Shown here: piece after piece, positions 1-12,960 of the stretch
Layout: the number at the start of each line of letters is the position of its first letter
Numbering within the stretch: the first letter of the stretch is position 1
DNA from: the human T2T-CHM13v2.0 reference genome, Homo sapiens
Length of the DNA stretch: 64,000 bases
Strand: one strand, 5' to 3'
Assembly: GCF_009914755.1 (NCBI RefSeq)
Contig: NC_060931.1
Notes under the pieces: generated by a model
The model's database searches: none
The model's input: only the letters and a program-made list of their open reading frames with translations
What the model was told of the DNA's origin: nothing
Program-made: the position numbers and the translations under genes

Positions 1-283
1 TAAAGAGGGAATTAAGGTAAAATGAGGTTGTATGAGAGGGTCTTAATCCAATGTTAATAATGAAGAGATTAGGACACAGACACACGCAGAGGAAAGACCA
101 TGTGAAGACAAGAAGAGAAGATGGCCATCTATAAGCCAAGGAGAGATGCCCTCTGAAGAAACCAACTCTGCTGACATCTTGATCTTGAAATTCTAGCCTC
201 CAGAACTGTGATGAAATAAAGTTCCTTGTTTAAGCCACCCAGGCTATGCTACTTTGTTGTGTCAGCCCTAGCAAACTAATACA
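1..283 (+). mobile_element. MLT1B-like MaLR LTR (truncated by window start)
   Basis: Typical MLT1 blocks (gaccatgtgaagac, aagccaaggagaga, ttctagcctccagaactgtga, tttaagccacccag) and the LTR 3' end agcaaactaataca at 283. Confidence 0.85.
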
Positions 284-329
284 TCGTTGTTTTCTTCGAT
301 TTATTTTCCATTGCCCCACTTCTAGAAAA

Positions 330-445
330 TTGAATCCTAGATGCAAAAAGACTTCGTCTTATTTCCAATAATTTTCCCAGTGCCTGACAATGTGGCTGGC
401 ATTTACTGAGTTCTCAACAAATTATCTCTGGATAAAAGAATGACA
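330..445 (+). mobile_element. L2 3'-end remnant
   Basis: cccagtgcctgacaatgtggctggca...ctcaacaaatt resembles the L2 3' terminus. Confidence 0.45.
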
Positions 446-1308
446 GATTGCAAAGCTAGAATGGACCCCCATATTTGCCTAAATCTAAATCTGATTCTCT
501 TCCTCTATTTACCATATGCCTTCTGTAAACAGGCTACACCAAAGGTCTCTTATAATTAAAAAAAACAAGCAGGTTCTGACTTCCAGTTATCCACATAGAG
601 GCATTTTAGTACAAGAATTCAGGATTTGAAATGTGGACACTTTTATCCCAATACTTGGGAAACAAGAGGAGCTACAGACTCCTCACTTGTGTACTCGACA
701 TGGAGAAGGACAGAATTTACACTCCACAGCATCAGTGTTAGAGCATCTCATGAAACAATCTGGAACAGTTGATATGCTCCTGAACATAGTTAATATGATA
801 CTAATAACTCAGGGATCACTGAAATGAAGAAGGGCATCTGTGTATCTAGTTATGAGGAACTGGAAAAGACAGAGGACGGGAAATGAGACAGGCTCTGAAA
901 TAGTTAGCTCAGACATCATTTTACCCAGATGATTCTCCTTAACCTCCTATATTATTTGCTTCTAGAGCAGTCTGTGTATATTTTTTATTATACTGTTCAC
1001 CACATTGTAGTGACATTACATGTTTATACACATTTCTACCACCAGAATTGTATTGTTCAGTTATCATTTATTATTTATTTTTGTATCTCCAGCACTTACC
1101 ATAGAGCCTATCATATAGTTGGTGCCAAATAAGTGCAGCATAATCTGAAATTGATACGAAGAATATCCAGTATACTTATATGATATAAAGCAGCCAAAAA
1201 GTGCACGTATCATTATTTACTTTGTTCTTGTTTCTTACATTCCATCTTGTTATTAATAGAGGGCCACTAATTATAAATTCTTTTACAGATATAGATATTA
1301 TTGAAACT

Positions 1309-1735
1309 TGGTTGACCATTGAACAACGTGAAGGTTAAGAATGCCAATCCTTGCACAGATGAACACATGAGTATAACTTTGGCTCCCCCAAAACTTAACT
1401 ACTAATAGCCTACCATTGACCAGAAGCCTTATCAATAGCATAAACAGTCAATTAACACATATTTCATGTATTATATACTATATTCTTACAATAAAGTAAA
1501 CCAAAGACAAGAAAACGTTATAAAGAAAATCATAAAGAAGAGAAAATATATTTACTATTAATTAAGTGGAAGTGGAGCATCATAGAGGTCTTCATTCTCT
1601 CTATACATTGATTGAGGAGGAGGAGGAGGAAGAGAAGGAGTCGATCTTTTCGTCTCAGAGGTGGCAGAGTCAGAAGAAAATCCATATATAAGCAGATCTG
1701 TACAGTTCAAACTTAGTGTTGTTCAGGGTCAGCTA
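1309..1735 (-). mobile_element. Tigger2a (MER28)-like TcMar DNA transposon
   Basis: Terminal inverted repeats gttgaccattgaacaac ... gttgttcagggtcagc(ta); internal aaaacttaactactaatagcctac and the gaggaggagga block match Tigger2a. Confidence 0.85.
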
Positions 1736-2549
1736 TATATATCTCCGATGCTAGTCTTTTTCCCATTCAATGATCTCCTGACTTCCTCATGCGTGATTAA
1801 AGACACATTTATTCTGAAATTTTTCTATTACTTCCTTCAAAGGCAATATTAGATTATAGACAAGTGTCTCAGATAAGTCCCTCAGTCCCTCAGAGGTTGG
1901 CTAAGAGTTCAGCCTCACACAAATAACCTAAATGTCATAACTCAGTCTGGTATCATGACCTTGCCATTCACTCTAGTTCAGCTTGTCACTTAGAGTCTCT
2001 CTCTTTTTAATTCAATAAGGTTTAGAAAACAAATGCTGGGTGCTATAATAGCCAAGTCTACTGAGGGAGGCTAGGCAAGGACTAGGTCAGAATACAGAAA
2101 TTCATATAAGCCTAGAGTAGTCCACTGGGATCTATCTAGACATCTTCCTGCTCAGGGAGGGTATGAACTGTTATATTAGGAAAACCTCTGAAAGTTTCTG
2201 TCTTTCCTGGATCTGGGCAAGTCAAAATATGTAACATCCAGGAAATAATGTGTTGGTACAAGAAATATCTTTTTTTTTTGAGTAGTAGATATCCAGTTAC
2301 TTGAATTACAACTGACTTTATTCTCTCAATATTATTTGTACAAAGAAGTGAAAAAAAAGTAGAACTTGAGTGAACTTAAATTGTAATGAGATAAAGTAAA
2401 TTCTGTGAGGCAAGTTGTTTATTGCTGAATTAAGCCTCAGGACAACTGAACCTTAAGCCTTATCACATACTGAGATGTAGCACAGGGAAGACACTTGGAG
2501 AGGCTGCCCTTGACCCATAGGGTCTCCTAGCTATTGTCTAACTCATTAG

Positions 2550-2765
2550 CTAGTCTTATTGCTTTCTTAGCACCAACAAGTACTTGAATTTTTATTTTTT
2601 TGCCTGTTTATTGTCTTTCTTCACACTTCCTCTGAAAGAGTAGAGGCTTTATCTTTTGTTTCCTGCTGAAGAGCACCTAGGACACTTCTTAAAATAATAG
2701 TTAGGGCTTAAATGGTCACAGTATCTACCATGTAGTAGGTACTCAACAAAAGTTTGCCAAATAAG
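2550..2765 (+). mobile_element. L2 3'-end remnant
   Basis: tgtttattgtctt...atgtagtaggtactcaacaaa, the L2 tail signature. Confidence 0.5.
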
Positions 2766-2850
2766 GGGATGATCAACTCACAACCTCTTTCTTAATCTTT
2801 GTTTAAAAAAATGTAAATTCTGATAATATATGTGCTATCTAGGATTATAA

Positions 2851-3347
2851 TTTTTTAGTTGAGAAATAAAAATTGTATGTATTTACTGTGTGCAACGCAA
2901 TGTTTTGAAATAAATACATTGTGGAATGGACAAATCAAGCTAATTATCATATGCCTTATTTTACACACTAATATTTTTGTGATGAGAACACTTAAAATAT
3001 ACTTTTAGCAGTCTTCAAACATATAGTACATTGTTATTAACCATAGACACCATGTTGTATAATAAAATGCTTTAACTAATGTCTCCCTTCTAACTGCAAT
3101 TTTCTACTCTGTGACCAAAATATTCTAATCCCACTTCTCTTCCCAGCTTCTGGTAGCCCCCATTTCTATTCTTTACTTTTATGATTTTGCCTTTATAATA
3201 TTCCACATATGTGAGATCATGTGGTGTTTGTCCTTTTGTGCCTGGCTTATTTCACTTAACATAATGTCCTCTGGGATTGTCCAGGCTGTCACAAATGATA
3301 GGGTTTTCTTCTTGTTAAAGAGTGAATAATATTCCATTGTGTATATA
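2851..3347 (-). mobile_element. L1MA-type LINE-1 3' end (antisense)
   Basis: aaataaaaattgtatgtattta...gtgagatcatgtggtgtttgtcc...cctggcttatttcacttaacataatgtcctc...gaataatattccattgtgtatata is the reverse complement of an L1MA 3' end. Confidence 0.85.
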
Positions 3348-4879
3348 TTAAGCTATTCCTATCAAACTAACAATGTAATTTTTCACAGAAGTAGAAAAAA
3401 CTATTCTTAAATCCATATAGAACCAAAAAAGAGCTCGAATAGCCAAAGCAATCCTCAGCAAAATGAACAAAGCCAGCGGCATCACATTACATGACTTCAA
3501 ACTGTACTGGTATGAAAACAGACACACAGACCAATGAAACAGAATGGAAAACCTAGAAATAAAGCCCCACACCTACAGCCATCTGATCTTCAACAAGGCC
3601 AACAAAAATAAGCAATGAGGAAAGGACTCCCTATTCAATAAATGGTGCTGGGATAACTGGCTACCCATATGCAGAAGAATAAAACTGGACCCCCACCTTT
3701 CACCATAACCAAAAACTAACTCAAGATGGATTAAAGATTTAAATGTAAGACTTCAGAATATAAGAATTTCAGAAGAAAATTTAGGAAATTCCATTCTAGA
3801 CATTGGCCTTGGGAAATAATTTATGACTAAGTATTCAAAGGCAATTGCAACAAAAGCAAAAATTGATAAGTGGGACATAATTAAACTAAGGAGCTTCTCT
3901 ACCGCCAAAGAACCTATCAACAAAGTAAACAGAAAACCTACAGAATGGGAGAAAATATTCACAAACTATGCATCCAACAAAGATCTAATATCCAGAATCT
4001 ATAAGGAACTTAATAAGCAAAAAATAACCTCATTAAAAAGTGAAAAAAACATGATCAGACACTTCTCAAAAGAAGACATACAAGCAGCCAACTAACATAT
4101 GAAGAACTGCTCAGCATCACTGATCATAAGAGAAATGCAAATCAAGACCACAATGAGATACACCTCACACCAGTCAGCTATTATTAAAAAACCAAAAAAC
4201 AACAGATGCTGGTGAGGTTGCAGAGAAAAGGGAACTGCTTATACATTGTTGGTGAAAATTCAAATTAGTTCAGTCACTGCGAAAAGCAGTTTGCAGATTT
4301 CTCAAAGAGCTTAAAACAAAACTACCATCCAGACCAGCAATCCTATTACTGGGTATATATCCAAAGGAAAATAATTTATTCTCCCAAAAAGATACATGCA
4401 CTTCTATGTTTATGGCAGCACTATTTACAATAGCAAAGACATGGAATCAACCTAGGTGCCCATCAGTGGTGAACTGCATTAAGCAAATGTAGTACATAAA
4501 CACCATGGAGTACTATACAGCCATAAAAATCAACAAAATCATGTCCTTCACAGCAACATGGATGGAGCTGGAGGCAGTTATCCTAAGTGAATTAATGCAG
4601 GAATAGAAAAATACCACATATTCTCACTTATAAGTGGGAGCTAAACATTGGGTATTCATGGACATAAAGATAGCAACAATAGATGCTGGGGACTACTAGA
4701 GAGGGGAGGGAGGGAGGAGGTCAAGAGTTGAAAAACTATTTGGTACTTTGCCTTCTACTTGGGTAATGTGATCAATAGTACCCCAAAGCTCTGCATCATG
4801 CACTATACCCATGTAACAAACCTGCACATATACTCCCTGAATCTAAAATAAAAGTTGAAATTATAAAAAAATTTAAAAA
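3348..4879 (+). mobile_element. L1PA16/L1PB4-like LINE-1, 5'-truncated, with decayed ORF2 C-terminus and 3'UTR
   Basis: ORF 3823-4095 ([25 protein letters not shown]) is an L1 ORF2p fragment; 3'UTR catggacataaagatagcaacaatagatgctggggactac and ctgaatctaaaataaaagttgaaa plus A-rich tail. Confidence 0.9.
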
Positions 4880-5714
4880 GATAATTCAATTATTAATATA
4901 GGCGATATGCCCATTTAAAAAGTTCAAATGCTGTATGGAAATTACCATTGGAATTGTTACTGCTTTGATTTCTTTGAACGACAAACAAGCATGTATAGAA
5001 GAGAGAAGCAAAGGCTATAACAGAGAGATCCAAAGTCTCTTATGTGTGGCTTCTTGCACTGTTAGTCAGACTAATGGTTGGATTTTGGCTCTGTCACTTC
5101 ATGGGTGAACTTGGATGATATATTTACTCTTTGTAAGCAACAGGTTATTTATTTGATTATCTTTATGGCAGGGATATTAAATTAGATAATGTAAGTAAAA
5201 TGCCTGATGTGTTCTCATGAATTCTAGATATTCTAGAAACAATTGCTAGTATTGTTCTTTTTTCCAAACTTTTTTCACTTTATACAAATGTTTATGGAAT
5301 ATGGTCACTTAAATGACCTTTAAAAGTATTGATTGCATGTATGTGTATTTAAACATGTGCTTTCTCTTACAGAGGATATAAAAATACATAGAGGAAAGCA
5401 GGGTATTGATATTGACATATCAGCATTCACATATGAAAGGTAGACCCATTATTTACGGATTTCAGAAAGGAAATAATAAGTTTCTTTATGTTCCAGGATG
5501 TCTCTCCTGAGACCAGCTTTGTTAATACTTGTTGATTGCCCTCAGGTTCTACAGAAAGACTGACCAGTCTGTGTTCTGTATTTTTAAGTGATAAAATGGT
5601 TCCCTTCCAAAATGCACCATTACTGGCAGTGTGATGGTGGGCAAAGCTCTACATTCTCTGGACTTCATGTGTAATATAACCAAGAATTATCTTGGTTTGT
5701 ATCTCCAGTTATTT

Positions 5715-6130
5715 ATATAACAAACATTTATTGAGCATCTACTACATCTATGATATTATACTAGTTGCCTCAAATTCATCAATGCACAAACAAAAAACCC
5801 TGCCCTCTCAGAGCTTAACTAGAAAGGTAAACAGACAACATAAAAATAAGCTTACTAAATAAGGTAAACATTAGGTAAAAATATCCTTAAACTATAAAAA
5901 TTCAACCAGGGAAAGAGGGGTTAGGAGTGTTGAGGGCAGGTACTTGGCAGATTGAACATTAAGTAAGTCATCAGGCTAAGTGTCAAGGAGAAGTTGAGAT
6001 TAGCCCAAATACTTGAAAGCAGTGAGACGATTAGTCAAGAAGACATCTGTGAGAAGAACGATCTAGAATGATGAAACAGCTAGAGTTAAATTTCTCAGGT
6101 AGATGCCTGCCTCGTATGTTCCAAGAACAA
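5715..6130 (-). mobile_element. L2 fragment
   Basis: caaacatttattgagcatctacta...ccctgccctctcagagctta, the antisense L2 3' signature. Confidence 0.65.
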
Positions 6131-6281
6131 AGAATTTTTGTAAAAATCAAAGGAAGTCATGCCCACATGGGAAATTTGTCAGCTATGAAGTGACACACGT
6201 GAATGTAGATGTCATCATGGTTAGTCCTCCTCTGTCACTATATAGCCATGGCACCTTGGGCAACTCACTTTCTCTTGACTC

Positions 6282-6901
<620 letters not shown>

Positions 6902-7144
6902 CCATCTTCTCTTTTAAGGGGGATCTTGGAAGTTATAGCACCTCCTAGTAAAAAAATTCTATAATTAGTGTAATTTTGCCAATTCTTTTATCTTTAAAAT
7001 TTTTCTTGTACTTACTATAATGAAAGGAAACTAAACAGAGTTCAGATGGGTATGAGAATTAATGAGAAGGGGAAAGAGTTAAACAAAAAGTTTTTAATAT
7101 AAATAAGTACATTTCATCATTTAGACTACAGACATAAACTATAT

Positions 7145-7480
7145 ATTATTTTTTAGATTAAAAAAGTCATGTTTCAAAATGATCAAAGTCATAAAAAACA
7201 AAGAAAGTGTCAAAGATCTTTGGCAAGCAGGAGATGTGACAAAAACAATGCAGAATCTTGGATATGATCCTGGAATCGAAAAACTGGTGAAATTCGAATA
7301 AAGTCTACAATTTAGTTAATAGTGCTGTACCCATGTTAATTTCATAAATGCACCATAGTTATGTGAGATATTACCATTAGGGGAAGCTAAGAGAAGGGAA
7401 TGGGAGTGCAAGTGTTCTCAGTACTATCTTTACAGGTCTTTTTGGTCCCAAATTAATTCATTATTAAATTCTGCTTAAAA
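7145..7480 (+). mobile_element. L1MC4/L1MC5-like 3' end
   Basis: aaactggtgaaattcgaataaagtct...ttagttaatagtg...gatattaccattaggggaagct...gtactatcttt. Confidence 0.65.
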
Positions 7481-8209
7481 AGCGTATAGGAGAACATTGC
7501 CTCATGATTTATGCTCTCCTTGAATGTCAATATTCATTACTAATTTTCAATTTTTTGAAAATTTATAAACAAATAAGATATAAATAGCTTCATGAATGTA
7601 TAAAAATAAAAATATATCTTCCTTAAAATAACATTTTTGTTTAATAAATTTAAATGGAATACCATCAGTAAGCTCAAAGGAAGGAAAAACAAAACTAGAA
7701 AAATGTTGTCCAAATAAAAACATGTAGAGAAAATACTTAACTACAAAATGAAAGTCAGCAAAATCCTAGCCTGTCTATGCTTGGAAATAAAATCTTCCTA
7801 AAATGGCTTAGTACAGAGCCTTGCACATAATAGGCAAATATGTGTTTGTTTATTTAATGTGAAATCATGGCTCCATTTATATCAGCAATTAAAACCTGCA
7901 TACATTTCTGAGGAGAGGTGTTGTGATAGAATAGAGTTTTCTACATAAAGACATTCCCAACTATGTGTCAAACAGGACCTGACATAATCTTCTCTGTGTT
8001 TGCCAAACCTCCTCCTTGCCAAGAACCCTTCACTTATAAAATAGAGTTGGCAATATCTCTCCTTGACCTTGAAAGAATATTACAAGAATAAGTAAGATAA
8101 TGTCTGGATAATGCTCTGGGACCTCATATGAAGGAACCCTGTCACTGCAATGTAAGAAAAACAAAAGTAGTCTTTTTTGTCTAATTTTTTAAGTTGGTAA
8201 TTAATATAA

Positions 8210-8570
<361 letters not shown>

Positions 8571-9805
8571 GCAATCAATATATCTTATTCTTCAACAGAT
8601 CACAACTTCTTGGCAACAAATTGCCAAGAAAATCACACATAATTGGCAGCCAGCAGGAGGCTATGAGCACTGTCTCATTGTCAGGATGTTCCAAGTTTGG
8701 GACAGCAATGCCAAATCTGAAGACAGAGTTCTCTGCAATTTGTCACACTGTTTGATTTGTGCCAGTATAAAATACTCGAACATGAGGCAAAGACTACAGG
8801 GAAGTACTGCCCAGTGTGATATAATCAGGATAATAATAAGGGAGAAATGATTCATAGGGTCTGCTTGTTGAAATAGCCTATCAGAGAAAAGAGAAAGAAG
8901 AAATAATTTTTACCAAAAAAGAGAGTAAAATTTAAAGTATCAGCTGAACTCTAAAATAGAAGACTTTTATAAGCACTATTGGTGTAAATAAGCATTTGCA
9001 TGCAGCAGAAAGAAGAATAGAGACAATGGGATTTGAAAAGGATTATCTTTCTTCGTAAAACGCAACTATGAAGAATGCCCAAATAGAAAGTATACAGAAC
9101 AAAAGGAGGGGAAACAGGCATAATAGCTCTTCCTAATCCTTATTCAAACTTGAAATTCTGAATATAATGTGAATAGAGAATACACTATAGGATTTCCTGA
9201 TGACTTGAATGGTTTCATCAGGGGTATCAATATGATATTTCAAAGATGTGGTGTTTGTCTGCATAAGAAACTGGATTCACATATTTTGAAAGATCTTATC
9301 AACCTGGAGAAATGAAAGTAATTCTTACTCACCTGCTTCGCTGGCCATTCTTAATTCTTAGCCCTTCCTTTACATTCAGCTACTCCTTTGGCATATTCAC
9401 ACACTTGAGTAAATTGAAAATGTAATGAGAAACATACTTTCTCATGTTGTTTCTAATTGGAAATAACACAAAGTATTTACCATATTATACCTAAATGAAA
9501 ATTCTCTCTGAATGCATGTTTGCCATAATATAGCCTACTGGCTTTCACAGGTGGGCACTCAGCAAAGAGCCTTTGGCTGTACATTGTGTGGGGAAGAGCA
9601 GCATCAACATTTAACTCATTAGGCTCTGCCACCATGCGAACATTTAAATACTTTCTTACCAGAATGCTAAAGTGCTTGCATAGCCCACTGAGGTAATGCA
9701 TTACTTGTGCTTTCTAGAAATACAGGTTCTTACTAGTGTGCATGGTGAATTAGGGTGGAGGATTGCATAAGGCAAGATACTGACAGGTCCTACTGAATAC
9801 TACTT

Positions 9806-10014
9806 TTGGTTAAGAAAGTAAGAAGGAAGTAAGGAGAAAGGGAAGGAGGAAGGGAGGGAGGTAGGAAGGAAACATGGAAGGAAGGAAAGGAAGGAAGGAA
9901 TGGAGGGAGGGAGGGAGGGAGGGAGGGGTAAGGAAGGGAAGAAAAGGGAAGGAGGATATGGCGAAGGAAAGGAGAGAGCAAGGGAGGGAGAGGAGACAGA
10001 AGGGGGAGAAGAAA
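9806..10014. repeat. Purine-rich (GGAA/GGGA)n low-complexity repeat
   Basis: Directly visible. Confidence 0.9.
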
Positions 10015-10745
10015 ATGGCTTTATAGAGGAACAGATTTATAGGAATTCTGTCTTTCATAGGCTGATTATAGTCAATCATTTAAAAAGCAAAAATAATCTT
10101 TCAGGGGTTCCCTAATTGATCATGTATATTACTTCAATACAAATACCAACTGTAACAAAAATGCAAACATTAATTTGAAGTAAAATTCAGGTTTCATTTG
10201 CCTTTTCAGAAGGAATGCACTTTTCTGTTAAGCAGAAAATAATCATTGATTTAAAGAATAGCCAATTCTCCTGATGAGTAACACTTTACTTAGAGGATAT
10301 TATTATATACTTTATTTACAATGGGGAGAGTAGGAGAGCATTTCAATTTTATAAAATAAGTTTTAAAAATTTACTGAACTATAAATTATAAATTTGTAAT
10401 ACTACTTCTGTTTTGAGTGTAATTTTTTAAATCCATAGTTTAAAACATTAAATTTTAACTCCACCTTTACACTATTGCCTTGCCATGTAGTCTAAATAAC
10501 CCTGTTTGTTCAAGATAGAAGTATTTGAATTATGCAAATCATTTAATTCTGCTATATTAAGGACTTGATCAGAAAAAGCTAAGCAGCCAAATGTTTATAA
10601 TTTGTAAAATTCAGTTGATTTTTAATCAGCATTAAAGAAAATAGGCCATCTTGTCTTTCAGAAATAAAACATATAAACAATTATTCACCCCCATTTTATT
10701 TTTACTACAATGTATGTATCATGATGAATTACTAACTCAATAGAG

Positions 10746-10915
10746 GGCAATATAGTATAATGGAAAGACCAAGGGATTTAAAGTCAAAAGACCTTTGTTT
10801 GAGTCCTGGTTCTGCAATTTACTAGATACGTGACCTCAGGCAATTGATTTAATCTAGCTCAATGTGTTTCTTGCTGTGTATACCTCTTGTGGGGATAAAA
10901 TGGGGTAATATCTGT
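10746..10915 (+). mobile_element. MIR
   Basis: gagtcctggttctgcaatttactagatacgtgacctcaggcaa...aaaatgggg, the MIR core. Confidence 0.7.
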
Positions 10916-12789
10916 AAACGTCTATTCCACCCAATAGTAGGCATGAAATGGTCAAAAGGCTGTCCTCTGAGCTACAACAACCAGGGAGAGTATTTAACAG
11001 CATCACACAAGAGTGTCATGGTGCTGCATAAAGGAGGAATCAGTTTTCAACTTAGACCTCAAAAAGAAAGTTACTTTTCAGCCCAAGAGAGTACAAAATA
11101 ATCCTCCCCATGCCTCAGTGTGGTAGATAGAACACTGTGGATGAGAGATGAAATACAGACATAAAACAGTGCACCAAGACTGAAGAAAAAAGGAAACACC
11201 ACTCCTGAAGCATTAGATTAATACAGCAGACAGACATTCTGTAGCATATATGGGAAAGAATAAACCACCACAGAAATTAACTGATAAAAGTGTGGGTACT
11301 GGGAATAAACTATGAACAATGGCAACCAAAGAGAGATGATTTACAAATATTCAGAACTGTGAAAAAATACACTTCTTGATATATATGGAAAAAGAACATG
11401 ATCATAGTAGTGAAGATTAGGTGAATTTGAAAGAAAAAGAATTTATATCATATCAGAAACAACATTATTTGCCTAGTTTGTATGTATGTGTATTTAATGT
11501 ATGTTTATGTGTGCATATTAGATAGGTGTATCACACTAATGTGTATGTATATTTATTACATATATAATTTATTGGATAGTTAAATGTACAGACTTCATTC
11601 CAGACTTCGGTCAATCTCATCTATTATGTTGTCCTCCACTGCAAAGCTGAATTACATAGAAAGTCTGGATGTTGTTATAATATGAAACTGTATTGGAAAG
11701 GAAAGGGCTCTACTATACCTTAGAAATTCAGTTAAGATATTAGCGCCTTGATTGCATAAATGTCAGTAAACCACCTTGCTTAGTGAACTCTGTTTTTGTT
11801 TGGGGATGTTGCATTGAAAAAAGATCTTAGGAAACTTAGAAGCTTGTTTGAAAATATCACTATTCCGAACTGTATCTCAGCTACTGAAATATCTTTGACC
11901 AAAGAATGGTCCTTCTCTGTCTGGAAATGTCTTAGAGCAACACCTCTGAAAGAGATGCCTATGGAAAATAAATCAAGTTTTATCTGTTCATCTTTCGGAG
12001 TCAGTCAGCTTAAACACATGATTTAGACAATCAGTAGAATAGAGATGGATGGTAAGAATGTTCTTATATTTAACTTTAGAAAACATAAAGCATTATTTTG
12101 TAAACATAAGGGATAATAACCGAAATGTGATGTGAGGATTAACGTGGAATTTTCATGGACTTACGAGTATCTTGGTCATCACCATTATTAAGTTATGACA
12201 AGACAGAAGAGGGATCCAAGCTGTGCCTAGAGACTGGGTCTGGGACATTCTGCCAACTGAGAAACAACTAACAACAACAGTAACTCTTCTCCTCTCTCCT
12301 GAGTAGGTGTTTAGACTCTGCATTAAATAGAAAATTCATTCATGTTGTATTGTCAACAAAATTATAATAAATCAGAATTTTAATGAAAACTTAGTGTTTT
12401 CCTCTTAGCTTTCATCTTTCATTGCAGTGTAGTTTCTTCAGGGAGATAGATATGTTTACACTTAGTAATTATGAGCCTAATTATGTTTTAAAGCACAGGA
12501 GGCATTTTAGGAAATTATCTATAGCTTTGTACTTTGGGTATTTTTGTGTTTCCAGGTCTACACAAAAATTTATTTTTACAACAAGTTTCTATAAAAGCTA
12601 TTCAGGAGATGACGTTTAGGGGCTGATTAACCCAAACAGGCCTAATCCTTTTCCAGAAAGTATTCTATGATGATGATTCCCAGAACTTATGCAGGTGGGA
12701 TGCCAGTAGCGTGACTGTCTTCATTAGAAAGGAAATGTTAAGAAAGCTTCCCTTTCAGTATTTGAAGAGGTAGACACTCTTCTAGAATT

Positions 12790-12960
12790 TTTTTACATGC
12801 GTTTTTTTTTAAGTTGTAATAGCCCTGTGAAGAAAATATGACCTTTGGCAGATGGAAAAACCAGTGCCCAGAGAGGGCGAGTGACTTACGTGACATCATA
12901 CAACTGGGCAATGTTGGAACAGTTTTGAACCTAGCTGTTCTGATTCCAGAGTCCCCATTA
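12790..12960 (-). mobile_element. MIR
   Basis: cagatggaaaaaccagtgcccagagagggcgagtgactt...tttgaacctagctgttctgattccagagtcc. Confidence 0.65.

Noticed and set aside
2851-4879. Twin-primed 5'-inverted single L1
   Set aside because: Both parts contain an L1 3' end, from different subfamilies; twin priming inverts non-overlapping parts of one RNA.
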